Virus record (IMG/VR): IMGVR_UViG_3300018962_000001
Span: 1 to 64,000 of that record
DNA length: 64,000 nt
Reading direction: 5' to 3' (one strand)
Shown here: positions 18,867 through 27,675 of the stretch, one piece after another
Layout of the letters: each line of letters opens with the position of its first letter
Position numbering within the stretch: position 1 is the stretch's first letter
Made by a program: the position numbers and the translations under genes
The notes under the pieces: generated by a model
The model's database searches: none
What the model was told of the DNA's origin: nothing
What the model saw: the letters and a program-made list of their open reading frames with translations, nothing else

Positions 18867-19187
18867 ATGTTTCGACGACCACGCCGGGCCAGTGAGCCGG
18901 TTGATCCGCAGCTTGAACAGCGGATGCGTGAGCAGGACTGGGCCTTTACGGAAACGGATCTCCAGGCAATGGCGGCCCATGTTCGATCGACCAATAGCCG
19001 CACCCGGACCCTGACGGGTCGGGCCACACGCACGTTACCGGGACTGGGGCCAGTGAGCTTGATGGACAGCCCGAACGGCTGGATCTTACTTCGGGAACGC
19101 ACCGCTCTGGTAGTCGGGGATATGGCGACCATTAAGCGGTATATTCGACAGCAGCAAGGATTCCCTGATCCCCCGGAGGAAGCATGA
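18867..19187 (+). CDS. hypothetical protein
   Basis: RBS agagga. Confidence 0.65.
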   Translation: MFRRPRRASEPVDPQLEQRMREQDWAFTETDLQAMAAHVRSTNSRTRTLTGRATRTLPGLGPVSLMDSPNGWILLRERTALVVGDMATIKRYIRQQQGFPDPPEEA

Positions 19188-19325
19188 GGGGACGGACGCG
19201 CGCCTGGGCACGCTACCGGCTGGAATCGTGGGCACGGCTCATGGGGATCAGTTGGCGCATCCGGTGGCGCATGGCGCACCAATCGCTGACTCGGCGACGA
19301 TCAACACCATCTGTGGAGGCACCGC

Positions 19326-20141
19326 ATGCGGGCAAATGAATTTACGTATTATCGCTGGTTCAATCTGATCAGTCCTGAAGCACGGTTTCTGACCAATATT
19401 CTGGATCGCTATACGATCCAAACCATCATCGATCCGTGGAATCAATGGACGGAAGATCAGATTCCAGCAGCACGGGTCTTACCGTTTAACCTGGATGCCC
19501 ACGGCCACTATCTTAGGCCGGTGCTCATGGAGGCGTTGCACTGGATTGAATCACATCCGCGCCTGCGGAAACCGGAGAAGGGTCCCGTGCTCCGCTTAGT
19601 TGCCGCGTATCGTACGGGGATGCCCACGTCCACTGATCACGAGGGCGGGGGGTATCGGACCTGGGATGAGATCGCGGCAGCGATCGGGACATCATCGAAG
19701 TATGCGCAAACCCTGGGCGGGTGGGCGTTTCGGATCTTGCGCCATCGGAGTGATGGCAATCCGGTAGCGCCCATGTTAAATGTGTACCATCAAGCCCATG
19801 CATTATTGTTAGCCGATGGCGTGCCGGACTATCCTCCCCCCGGACTCTTCCGGTGCGCCCGGTGTTATCGTCCGTGGGCCGGGGATCTCCTGTTTCGGCC
19901 AGGGCCGCGCGACGAGGGTGGCGTGCCCAATCCCGGCCACTGGGATACGATGGAGTGCCCCGACCCGCAGTGCCGCGGAGCACTGCGCACTGTCATGCCA
20001 CCGTGGAACGAGCACGACTCCACCGTGTATCCGTTCCAACGAACGCGAGACGGCTATGCCGTGGTGCCGAACACGCCGGACGAGCTGCGCCAGCTGCGGG
20101 AGGGTGAGGATGCCCAAAAGGTGAAGGTGGTGGTGCGATGA
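19326..20141 (+). CDS. protein with sigma70 region 4-like HTH and C-terminal Zn finger
   Basis: VLRL..YRTG...RTWDEIAAAIGTSSKYAQTL...AFRILRH; CARC...CPDPQC. Confidence 0.6.
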   Translation: MRANEFTYYRWFNLISPEARFLTNILDRYTIQTIIDPWNQWTEDQIPAARVLPFNLDAHGHYLRPVLMEALHWIESHPRLRKPEKGPVLRLVAAYRTGMPTSTDHEGGGYRTWDEIAAAIGTSSKYAQTLGGWAFRILRHRSDGNPVAPMLNVYHQAHALLLADGVPDYPPPGLFRCARCYRPWAGDLLFRPGPRDEGGVPNPGHWDTMECPDPQCRGALRTVMPPWNEHDSTVYPFQRTRDGYAVVPNTPDELRQLREGEDAQKVKVVVR

Positions 20142-20683
20142 CGAGTGATCCCGACTATCCCTACAAACGCTTCCTTGATCTGGTTGCTGCCGCGCTGGAA
20201 CGTGGGGATACGACCAGCGCGGTGGCAATCATTCGTCCGTTTCTGGATAAAGTCGTCGATCGGGCACGGCACTTCCTGGCCTTGCCCCTGGACGACATCA
20301 TCGATGATGCCGCTGATGCGGCGTCGGAAACCGCAGATCTCCAACGCATTGCTGCGCGACGGGCGGTGCGCACCTGGCAAACCGGGCAGGAGTGGATTGC
20401 CGAGCAAGAAGCTGCCGGAGCTACCGCGATTCAGGCGCGGGTCGCGGCCCAGGGAGGACCGCCGCCGCCGCCGGAGTCCCCTGGTCCCGCCACGCCACCC
20501 GTTCCTCCACGAAATCGCGCCGTGCGTCGTCCCGGAGTAAGCCCACTCGCCGAAGTCGAGGATATTCCAATCCCGCCCCTCGCAACACGTGACTCCAACG
20601 ACCCATCGCCCGCGCTGCGCCAGGTTGATCCCGCCGAGGTCGAGCGGCTGCGCGCGGCGATGGACTCGGAAGATTATCTTTAA
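20138..20683 (+). CDS. hypothetical protein
   Basis: ATGA overlap. Confidence 0.65.
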   Translation: MTSDPDYPYKRFLDLVAAALERGDTTSAVAIIRPFLDKVVDRARHFLALPLDDIIDDAADAASETADLQRIAARRAVRTWQTGQEWIAEQEAAGATAIQARVAAQGGPPPPPESPGPATPPVPPRNRAVRRPGVSPLAEVEDIPIPPLATRDSNDPSPALRQVDPAEVERLRAAMDSEDYL

Positions 20684-20697
20684 CCCGATCTTACCCC

Positions 20698-20726
20698 TTG
20701 ACGTGCGCGTGCCTACGCGGTAAGCT
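20698..20726 (+). promoter_or_regulatory. sigma70-like promoter
   Basis: TTGACG-17-TAAGCT. Confidence 0.75.
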
Positions 20727-20758
20727 GTCCAGCAGACGAAGCACGAAAGGATACGAGG

Positions 20759-21433
20759 ATGATCGATACACAGACCTTCCGATTTAACCTGAAACAGATC
20801 GCTGCCCATGTTGATCACGCCAAAACGACGAGTTCCGACCCGCAGCTGTTGTTTGTCCATGATCAGGGCTGGTACCTGATGAGCAACGGCGATTATGCCT
20901 CCCGTCCGCCGGTCGTCTATGCCGCCGGATCAGGGCCGAACGACGGAGGGTATGGTGATGATTTTGCTGAGCCGTTGCCCATCGCCGACTTTGAAGCGGC
21001 CCTGGCCGGTGGCGGAACCAGCCTGACGATCAAGGTCAAGGATCTCGGACTCGATGAAGGAATCAGCTTTCAACTTGGTTATACCCAGATCATTCGCCCC
21101 GAAGATGTGACTCCCCGGATACGCGCGGAGGCCATGTTCAAAGGCGCAGCGGCAAAGGCCCGCAAGTGTCCCGGCGGGTGCCGGTTCACGATCCAGGACC
21201 GGCCCTGGCTCCTGCGGTTCATGGGAGGGCAGACCTATAGCATTGCCCCGCTGAGCAGCGCCGAACGACCGCAGCATGGAAGTCGTAAACAGATCATCAC
21301 GATCATGGAGCGGTTGTATCAGGATGGCTCACCCGCGCCCCACTCGACGCCTACGGCACCACCATCCTCCGCCGCGCAGCCTGCGCGTAGGCCCCGGCAA
21401 GGCACAACGCCGCTTGTGCCGCTTAAAAAGTAA
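20759..21433 (+). CDS. DUF3085-like protein
   Basis: LLFVHDQGWYLMSNG..VVYAAG..GDDFAEPL. Confidence 0.7.
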   Translation: MIDTQTFRFNLKQIAAHVDHAKTTSSDPQLLFVHDQGWYLMSNGDYASRPPVVYAAGSGPNDGGYGDDFAEPLPIADFEAALAGGGTSLTIKVKDLGLDEGISFQLGYTQIIRPEDVTPRIRAEAMFKGAAAKARKCPGGCRFTIQDRPWLLRFMGGQTYSIAPLSSAERPQHGSRKQIITIMERLYQDGSPAPHSTPTAPPSSAAQPARRPRQGTTPLVPLKK

Positions 21434-21438
21434 TACCT

Positions 21439-21690
21439 ATGCCGCCATCTTCTGAATCAGAACCCAGGAGCGTTCTCGCGGTCCTGGGCGACTTGCACCG
21501 AAAATGCCATGCCCACGGAAAGGCGTTTCAGCGGACCTTCGGGGTGCCAATCACCCCGTTTATCGACATCGGCTTTGATGTGGTCGCCTTCGATGCCTGG
21601 CTTGGGGTTCCCGACGATCGTTCTACCGAGGATGTGGTGCGCGAGCGGTTTGGTGACGACGCTGTTGCGCTAATCTATCGATTGATCTAA
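21439..21690 (+). CDS. hypothetical protein
   Basis: in operon. Confidence 0.6.
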   Translation: MPPSSESEPRSVLAVLGDLHRKCHAHGKAFQRTFGVPITPFIDIGFDVVAFDAWLGVPDDRSTEDVVRERFGDDAVALIYRLI

Positions 21691-21710
21691 GCCGCCGCAA
21701 GGAGTCACCC

Positions 21711-22025
21711 ATGCCGCCTCGGATTACCGATCAGGCAATGGCCGCGTTTATGGTCAGCCTGCCGTGGATGTCAATGATGAGCCACCCAACGCAGGCGGTC
21801 ATCTGCGGAGCCATGATTCATTTCGGCATTTCGGAGCGTGCGGCAGCGCGCTTGTATGGCCGCGTGACTGAGCGGGGGTTGGTCCAGCGTCAATGGGAGG
21901 ATCGGTGGAGCAAAACGCACCGAGATGGAGCGCTGAGTCCAGGCGGCTGGCTGGCGCTCACGCGGTATCAGCGGTGGACCTACCCTGACTCCCAACCCGG
22001 CCAGGTGGACGCCGAAACCCCTTGA
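21711..22025 (+). CDS. hypothetical protein
   Basis: RBS aaggag; stop codon lies in the next -35 box. Confidence 0.65.
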   Translation: MPPRITDQAMAAFMVSLPWMSMMSHPTQAVICGAMIHFGISERAAARLYGRVTERGLVQRQWEDRWSKTHRDGALSPGGWLALTRYQRWTYPDSQPGQVDAETP

Positions 22026-22050
22026 CATACGCTAGGTACTGCGCTAAGCT
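22022..22050 (+). promoter_or_regulatory. sigma70-like promoter
   Basis: TTGACA-17-TAAGCT. Confidence 0.8.
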
Positions 22051-22072
22051 TATAGCAATGAAGGAGGACACG

Positions 22073-22528
22073 ATGCCCATGCAGCCGAATGATGCCGCCG
22101 CGACGAAGATTCGACGTGACTATGAAACGCGCGTGTGGTTTGCCACAGCTCGGATTACGGAAGCCGCTGCGGTGTTTTGTTTTGACCTGTTGTATCACGG
22201 CTATCTGCCGGACTTCAACGACGTGCCAGGCAATATAGACGCGATCGAAGCGGCGGCGGCGGACTTTTACGAGATCGACGAGGGAGATGTCGAACTGGGC
22301 GACCCAGAACGCGCCGCCTACGGCATCTGGGAGCGTCTGGGGAAGCCCCTCGCCGACGACGCGGCCCGCACGCGCATTGCAACCGTCGAAGACCGGATCG
22401 CGATGGATGCCGAGGAGTGGGAGTCGTGGTTTCCCCCAATCCAGCCGTATTTCGAGGAGCGACGGATTCTGAGTCCGAAGCGCGAAAGCGAGACGATCGA
22501 TGGCCCTGCTTCCACGACACGAGGATAG
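22073..22528 (+). CDS. acidic hypothetical protein
   Basis: RBS aaggagg. Confidence 0.7.
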   Translation: MPMQPNDAAATKIRRDYETRVWFATARITEAAAVFCFDLLYHGYLPDFNDVPGNIDAIEAAAADFYEIDEGDVELGDPERAAYGIWERLGKPLADDAARTRIATVEDRIAMDAEEWESWFPPIQPYFEERRILSPKRESETIDGPASTTRG

Positions 22529-22679
22529 CTTTTTCTGGAACGGCAAGCTCAGTGCGGAGCGAAAGCAGCAGATTATCACGTTCCTTCAGCAGCTCCCGCC
22601 AGAGCAACAAGATCTCATCAAAGATCTGCTGGATGACCAACGTGCGGAGACGAAATGGGAATGCAGCGATCCCGATTAA
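22500..22679 (+). CDS. 59-aa hypothetical protein missing from the ORF track
   Basis: MALLPRHEDSFFWNGKLSAERKQQIITFLQQLPPEQQDLIKDLLDDQ...; fills the gap between neighbours. Confidence 0.5.
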   Translation: MALLPRHEDSFFWNGKLSAERKQQIITFLQQLPPEQQDLIKDLLDDQRAETKWECSDPD

Positions 22680-22702
22680 TGACCGATGAGCAAGGAGAAT
22701 CC

Positions 22703-22960
22703 ATGCGGTACCTCGTCACCGGCCTGCCCTACGCGCGGGCCATCCAATTACAGGCGGCGCTTAATAGCGCCGGGATCGATGCTGGAATCATCCCCAGCGC
22801 GCTGGGGATCTACCCGACCGAGGACCAAACCGCAACCATGCAGAGCATCTGCGCGCAGTTCGACACCGAGGCGGTCCAGGGTTATACCAACACCGAGGCG
22901 CGCATCGAAAGCCTCCGTCAATCCATGTATCCAGCTGACCACAACGAGAGTGCAGGGTAG
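22703..22960 (+). CDS. hypothetical protein
   Basis: RBS aaggag. Confidence 0.65.
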   Translation: MRYLVTGLPYARAIQLQAALNSAGIDAGIIPSALGIYPTEDQTATMQSICAQFDTEAVQGYTNTEARIESLRQSMYPADHNESAG

Positions 22961-22961
22961 T

Positions 22962-23255
22962 ATGGCCGAATCCATGCCCCCTGCGGCGATCGACGACTCG
23001 CCATCGCAGATGCGATCAGCCACCGAGATCGCGGATCAGATCGCCAAGCTTGAACGGCGCAGTCAGGAATTGCACGCACTCTTACTCCAACACTGCCGCG
23101 ATGTGGTCCATCCACAGCTTGTGGATGATCGACCAAGTTTCTGGCAGATTACTGAGACGATCGCGCGCTGGCGACGCGAGGCCGAACGAATCGATGATCA
23201 ACTCCGAGTCCTGAAGTGGGTGAGTGGCAAATACGAGGTGTTTCCGTGGCATTAG
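22962..23255 (+). CDS. coiled-coil hypothetical protein
   Basis: starts 1 nt after upstream stop. Confidence 0.6.
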   Translation: MAESMPPAAIDDSPSQMRSATEIADQIAKLERRSQELHALLLQHCRDVVHPQLVDDRPSFWQITETIARWRREAERIDDQLRVLKWVSGKYEVFPWH

Positions 23256-23276
23256 CCACCAGATGGGAGAACAGGG

Positions 23277-23582
23277 ATGGGACAACGATTTACCCCTAGT
23301 GAGCCGCCGAAGGCCGGGATCAGCTTGAAGCTTTGGATCTGGTTTACCAATCAAGCATTTCTGATTCCGCACCGCAGCCAGGAAAAACCGCAGGGCGTTC
23401 CTCCAGATGGCCTGTATGTGATTCGACCTGGGGCGGTGCAACGGAATCACGGTGCGGCCAGCTACGAGATTCGCTGGCAAGGGACCGCGTTTTTGGTCCA
23501 TGAAGCAACCGAAACCCTGAACCGCCCGTTACAGCTCAACATCGCCGACACGATTCATTCGATCTGTAGTTATTCCATTTAA
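23277..23582 (+). CDS. hypothetical protein
   Basis: RBS ggag/agg. Confidence 0.55.
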   Translation: MGQRFTPSEPPKAGISLKLWIWFTNQAFLIPHRSQEKPQGVPPDGLYVIRPGAVQRNHGAASYEIRWQGTAFLVHEATETLNRPLQLNIADTIHSICSYSI

Positions 23583-23596
23583 CAGGAGCCTGGATC

Positions 23597-23917
23597 ATGA
23601 CTCGGATGATGCGCCCGTGGGCAATCCTGCGTCCCCTGTTAGTCGCGCAGGGCGGAACCCACCTCATCCCGGCAGATCGCCGCCAGCCCGATCGCATGAT
23701 CGCGCAGGTCTATCGCACGCTGCCGGACGGGAAGATTCAAGTCCGTGAGCTGGAGCCGAGCCGCCGGGCCGACTATTGGCGACCCATCTATCGCTGGGTG
23801 ACCGTCGACTCAATTCCGAGCGCGGCGATCACGCTGGACACTGCCGCGAGTGGATTCGGGCAGGCGACCTGCCCAACCGAGCGCGCCGAGGAGATCGCGT
23901 ATGCCCAGGCCATCTGA
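23597..23917 (+). CDS. hypothetical protein
   Basis: RBS aggag. Confidence 0.65.
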   Translation: MTRMMRPWAILRPLLVAQGGTHLIPADRRQPDRMIAQVYRTLPDGKIQVRELEPSRRADYWRPIYRWVTVDSIPSAAITLDTAASGFGQATCPTERAEEIAYAQAI

Positions 23918-24464
23918 GCACGATCGCATCACCGCCGGGCTGCCGTACCTGATCGCCAGTGATCGGGCTGCTCACATTGCGGAGGAGGCCTATCGCGCGT
24001 TGCACCACCTCCGCAAGACCGCCATCCCGCAGCTTGCTGCGGCGATTCAGGCGGCGCAGGAGGCCAGCGACCATCTCGGCGACTTCAGTGAATCAGGATG
24101 GCGCACGGTGTATCGCTTTCTGTATGAGCAAACCATGCAGATCCCCCTGGTCCCTCGTGTCTCCACCGCAGGCGATCAGTTGGTCGTGGACACACGGGCC
24201 TCCTGTATCCAGGCATGCCGGGAACTGCACGCCTTGCTGGAACCGGCCCGCCGTCAGGCGATCGTCCACGCGGCGCAGAGCGCCTATCAGGCGGAGCTGC
24301 GCCCTCCGGTAGCGCAGCCCGGCGCGGATGACGCAGCGCGGCGCAGCGCGGCCCTCGATAGGCTCCAGCGCACGCTCACCCGTGCGGCGATTGATCAGCT
24401 CTCGACCGAGGAACTCGAAGCCTTGGTCGCCGACCTTCATCGTACCCTTCATCGTACCCGTTAA
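23901..24464 (+). CDS. hypothetical protein
   Basis: RBS gaggag. Confidence 0.65.
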   Translation: MPRPSEHDRITAGLPYLIASDRAAHIAEEAYRALHHLRKTAIPQLAAAIQAAQEASDHLGDFSESGWRTVYRFLYEQTMQIPLVPRVSTAGDQLVVDTRASCIQACRELHALLEPARRQAIVHAAQSAYQAELRPPVAQPGADDAARRSAALDRLQRTLTRAAIDQLSTEELEALVADLHRTLHRTR

Positions 24465-24476
24465 GGAGTCTCCGCT

Positions 24477-24752
24477 ATGTCTCACCCCATGATCGACCAT
24501 CCCGCCCAGCGCGCGGCCTGCGTTCCTGACTATTGGCACCTCCTCGAAACCAGGCTGCACGCAGGCTGTTTGACTCTGGTGTATGCGGTGCCCCAACCCG
24601 AAGCGCAGGCCGCGTATGCCGCGCTGGCGATCGATCTCGTGACGTTGAAGCAGGTCGCGAGCGTTGATCATGCCGCCTCGTTGGAACAGGCACGCGAGTC
24701 GATCGCCGCCGCCGCCGCCGCCCTCGACCTGGATAGGTATCATCGTCGTTGA
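24477..24752 (+). CDS. hypothetical protein
   Basis: RBS aaggag. Confidence 0.65.
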   Translation: MSHPMIDHPAQRAACVPDYWHLLETRLHAGCLTLVYAVPQPEAQAAYAALAIDLVTLKQVASVDHAASLEQARESIAAAAAALDLDRYHRR

Positions 24753-24763
24753 CAGTCGTACCC

Positions 24764-24792
24764 TTGATATACGCGCCGAACTGCGCTAAGCT
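24764..24792 (+). promoter_or_regulatory. sigma70-like promoter
   Basis: TTGATA-17-TAAGCT. Confidence 0.7.
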
Positions 24793-24829
24793 GATGCAGA
24801 GAGTCGCTGGCGATGAAAGGAGCGAGACC

Positions 24830-25177
24830 ATGCCGTTACGGATAACCGGCTATACCATTATGCAAGCTGCGCTGGGCGACTCGGTCGTCATCGCAGGCGC
24901 GGACGCCGAGAACGACGAGATCGGGACGGTCGTTGGATTTGACGTACTCCAGGACAGCGATCTCCTGGTGGCCGTCGTGTATTCTACAAATACCGGCGTG
25001 ATTCACTTTCTCCGGGAGCCATACGCCTATACCTATCCCGATCTTCCGTTCGTCAAGGTCTGGCGACGAGAAACCACGGTTGCCGGGATCATGGATGCCC
25101 TACGATCAAACGCCGCCCATTATCGCGACCACCGCACGGGGCCGGAATGGCGCTTCTTCCCCGTGGTGATCGGGTGA
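24830..25177 (+). CDS. hypothetical protein
   Basis: RBS aaggag. Confidence 0.65.
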   Translation: MPLRITGYTIMQAALGDSVVIAGADAENDEIGTVVGFDVLQDSDLLVAVVYSTNTGVIHFLREPYAYTYPDLPFVKVWRRETTVAGIMDALRSNAAHYRDHRTGPEWRFFPVVIG

Positions 25178-25185
25178 TCCAACTC

Positions 25186-25214
25186 TTGACATACGCATCA
25201 ATATACGATAGTAT
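25186..25214 (+). promoter_or_regulatory. sigma70-like promoter
   Basis: TTGACA-17-TAGTAT. Confidence 0.7.
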
Positions 25215-25252
25215 AGACAGGCAGCAGTATCCCATCCGACCACGCCCCCCAG

Positions 25253-25289
25253 TGCGGCGGTGACTCCTTTGAGTCACCGCCGCAGTTTT
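25253..25289 (+). terminator. intrinsic terminator-like hairpin in a 5' leader
   Basis: tgcggcggtgactc-cttt-gagtcaccgccgca then gtttt. Confidence 0.7.
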
Positions 25290-25307
25290 ATACAGGAGGA
25301 AAATCTC

Positions 25308-25487
25308 GTGAGTTCCAAAAAAACAACGTACACCTGGCTCTTTATTTTGACCCTCGGCCCAGTTCCAGCGCAGGATCAGGCCATGCATCGGCTGTTGGTG
25401 GCCTTAAGCGAGAGTTTACAGATTAAGCAGCGGATTGGTGCTAACGAGCAGGTGGACGTGTATCTTCGTGATTGCCTGGATTCCTAG
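25308..25487 (+). CDS. 59-aa small protein with hydrophobic N-terminus
   Basis: RBS aggagg, GTG start. Confidence 0.55.
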   Translation: MSSKKTTYTWLFILTLGPVPAQDQAMHRLLVALSESLQIKQRIGANEQVDVYLRDCLDS

Positions 25488-25936
25488 ATCGATCGCGCGG
25501 GAGCGGGACGCCAGACGGGACACAGGCGGGAATGATTCCACGGCGGGCGATTTGCCGGGTGCCCACAGTGCGGGCACAGATCGGGGATATTCGGCAGCGC
25601 CGGTGCCAGATCCTGGGGCGGATCGACGCTGGCAACATGGGCAAAGGCCGCATCCCACCGGCGGTCGGTCCGTGTGTAGGAGAGGGAATCGAGCCGACTC
25701 ACGCCGTCATCGCCAAGGGAATCGATCGACTCGGTAGCGCTCCACACCGATCCATCGGGATCGAGTCGATAGGCATGAGCGTCGGTGCCAAGGGCATACA
25801 CAGGGTGGCCGGTATGCCAGATCGCCTGCGCGCGCAGAACACCATCAAGAATCCAGCCCGTGGCCGAGTCAAAGAGAATGGGGGACCGACGCAAACCAAA
25901 GCGATCAGCAGGGTCCATCCGCTGGCTCCTCCCCAT
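25484..25936 (-). CDS. hypothetical protein with C-terminal CPHC...HSRLC motif
   Basis: part of the leftward cassette from promoter 26797-26825. Confidence 0.55.
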   Translation of the reverse strand: MGRSQRMDPADRFGLRRSPILFDSATGWILDGVLRAQAIWHTGHPVYALGTDAHAYRLDPDGSVWSATESIDSLGDDGVSRLDSLSYTRTDRRWDAAFAHVASVDPPQDLAPALPNIPDLCPHCGHPANRPPWNHSRLCPVWRPAPARSI

Positions 25937-26111
25937 CCGCAGCGGCCAACCCGTGCGCGGCCAGGCGGCGTTGTACCGATTGGGCCGCGCACGGCGGGAT
26001 CATGCCCTGCGCGACCAGCAACCGGCACGCATCACAAATCTGGCGATTCTGGGTTGGCACATTGCCACACCCAAAATCACAGAAGCGAACAACGTTGTTG
26101 ATCTGGGCCAT
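25905..26111 (-). CDS. small Zn-ribbon protein
   Basis: CDFGC...CDAC. Confidence 0.5.
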   Translation of the reverse strand: MAQINNVVRFCDFGCGNVPTQNRQICDACRLLVAQGMIPPCAAQSVQRRLAAHGLAAADGEEPADGPC

Positions 26112-26131
26112 CAGCTATCCTTCGGGGGGTG

Positions 26132-26524
26132 CTAGTCATCTGGTGCAAGGGCCGTCCACACCGCCGCATTCTCCGCAACAATCTGGTCAATGCGGGCACT
26201 GATCTCCGGTCGGACGCTGGACTCAGCAGCGGTTATCCGCCGGAAGGCTTCGGTGACATCGACGGATTCCAGGGTGTTCCAATCAAGATTATTAATCCGA
26301 TCGGCGTCGGTAGGTTCAAGCGTCGGACACTGCGGACAGAGATCGACGAGGTGACCATCTACATACGTGGTGCGGTACCCATAGTGGCGCGCAACATGGG
26401 CACGCGCACGCCGCACCTGGGCCGTTCCACCACCGGATTCCCAACTCCCACAATTATCACAAAAAACATCCACATAGGTCCGCGCTGCCATACGGCCTCC
26501 TACCGCCGAGGAATCGGCCCACAC
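26132..26524 (-). CDS. Cys-containing hypothetical protein
   Basis: CDNC...CPQC. Confidence 0.55.
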   Translation of the reverse strand: MWADSSAVGGRMAARTYVDVFCDNCGSWESGGGTAQVRRARAHVARHYGYRTTYVDGHLVDLCPQCPTLEPTDADRINNLDWNTLESVDVTEAFRRITAAESSVRPEISARIDQIVAENAAVWTALAPDD

Positions 26525-26763
26525 CGAATCGTGGAGCAGCGAGGCACGCGCGGACGAACCTCCTGATCCGCGACCGCCTCCACCGCCGTCAGATAATCCG
26601 CAAGCGCTTGATCGTAGCAGGCCCAGTCACCCTCGGTGGCGTCCATACAATTAAGCTGGGCGTGGGCCTGCGTGAGCCGCTCCCACAAGGTAAGGATTTC
26701 AGGATAAGCCATACTGCGCAACCAATCGGTATGCGCGATCGCACGATAGTTCAGCCCTGCCAT
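26500..26763 (-). CDS. hypothetical protein
   Basis: RBS aggag after promoter. Confidence 0.6.
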   Translation of the reverse strand: MAGLNYRAIAHTDWLRSMAYPEILTLWERLTQAHAQLNCMDATEGDWACYDQALADYLTAVEAVADQEVRPRVPRCSTIRCGPIPRR

Positions 26764-26796
26764 AGATTAGTGCTCCTGCTACTCATTGTTCCTGGC

Positions 26797-26825
26797 ATCT
26801 TAGCGCGCCTGCGTGCGCGTGTCAA
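26797..26825 (-). promoter_or_regulatory. sigma70-like promoter (divergent pair with 26847)
   Basis: TTGACA-17-TAAGAT. Confidence 0.75.
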
Positions 26826-26846
26826 GCCCATTGCCTCCAACACCCC

Positions 26847-26875
26847 TTGACTTTTGCGGTGCCGTGCGCTATGCT
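26847..26875 (+). promoter_or_regulatory. sigma70-like promoter
   Basis: TTGACT-17-TATGCT. Confidence 0.75.
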
Positions 26876-26906
26876 CCTGGTACATAGCAGGAAGCGAGGG
26901 ACCGTG

Positions 26907-27371
26907 ATGGCAGCAATGAGTCCGAACAATGCGGTTGGTACATCCCTGATCGAACGGGCGATCAAGATCGCCGTAGAGGCCCATGCCAGCCAGCGCGACA
27001 AGCAGGATAAACCCTATCTTCTGCATGTGTTTCGCGTTGCGATGGCCGGACGGACGGAGGAGGAACAGATCGTCGGATTCCTCCATGATGTCGTCGAGGA
27101 TACCAGCTACACCCTGGACGACCTGCGGGGATTCGGCTTTCCAGCCCCGATCGTGGATGCCGTAGATGCCCTGACTCGGCGGTCGGAAACAGGCGAAAGC
27201 TATACCGCGTTTATCGAGCGGGTTGCGACGAATGATCTGGCCCGGCGGGTCAAACTCCATGATCTCCGAGATAACCTCAGTCGGATTGGTGGTGTTCCTC
27301 CGGCGACGGCGGCGGGACTCGGCAAACGGTATGGGCTGGCTCTCGCGCGGCTGAGCCGCGAGGAAGGATAG
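26907..27371 (+). CDS. stand-alone RelA/SpoT-type HD hydrolase (SAH/Mesh1-like)
   Basis: AVEAHASQRDKQDKPYLLHVFRVA..GFLHDVVEDT..VDALT..VKLHDLRDN. Confidence 0.88.
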   Translation: MAAMSPNNAVGTSLIERAIKIAVEAHASQRDKQDKPYLLHVFRVAMAGRTEEEQIVGFLHDVVEDTSYTLDDLRGFGFPAPIVDAVDALTRRSETGESYTAFIERVATNDLARRVKLHDLRDNLSRIGGVPPATAAGLGKRYGLALARLSREEG

Positions 27372-27377
27372 CGCGAC

Positions 27378-27647
27378 ATGGGCGCTCGGAAAGCCTGCTT
27401 TTGCTGCGGGCGCTACCTCCGAAAACTCGCAGGACTCAAGGGAGGCCGAGCGTGTCCGGTGTGCGATCCCCGCTGCGGGAGCGGCTGTCCGGTCTGCAAA
27501 AACCAATGGCGCAAGCTGTGGAAAGATCAGGCCGCGCACGATCAGGCGGTCACACGCCGGGCGGCGACAGCAAAACCCCCGCCGAAGGTACTCCGGCAGG
27601 CGTTGTTAGAATTTGATCTCGCTATGATCCGCGACGGCGAGGATTAA
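27378..27647 (+). CDS. small Zn-finger protein
   Basis: CFCC, CPVC, CPVC. Confidence 0.55.
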   Translation: MGARKACFCCGRYLRKLAGLKGGRACPVCDPRCGSGCPVCKNQWRKLWKDQAAHDQAVTRRAATAKPPPKVLRQALLEFDLAMIRDGED

Positions 27648-27675
27648 TCGTGTAACGTGATCGGCTCACGATCGT

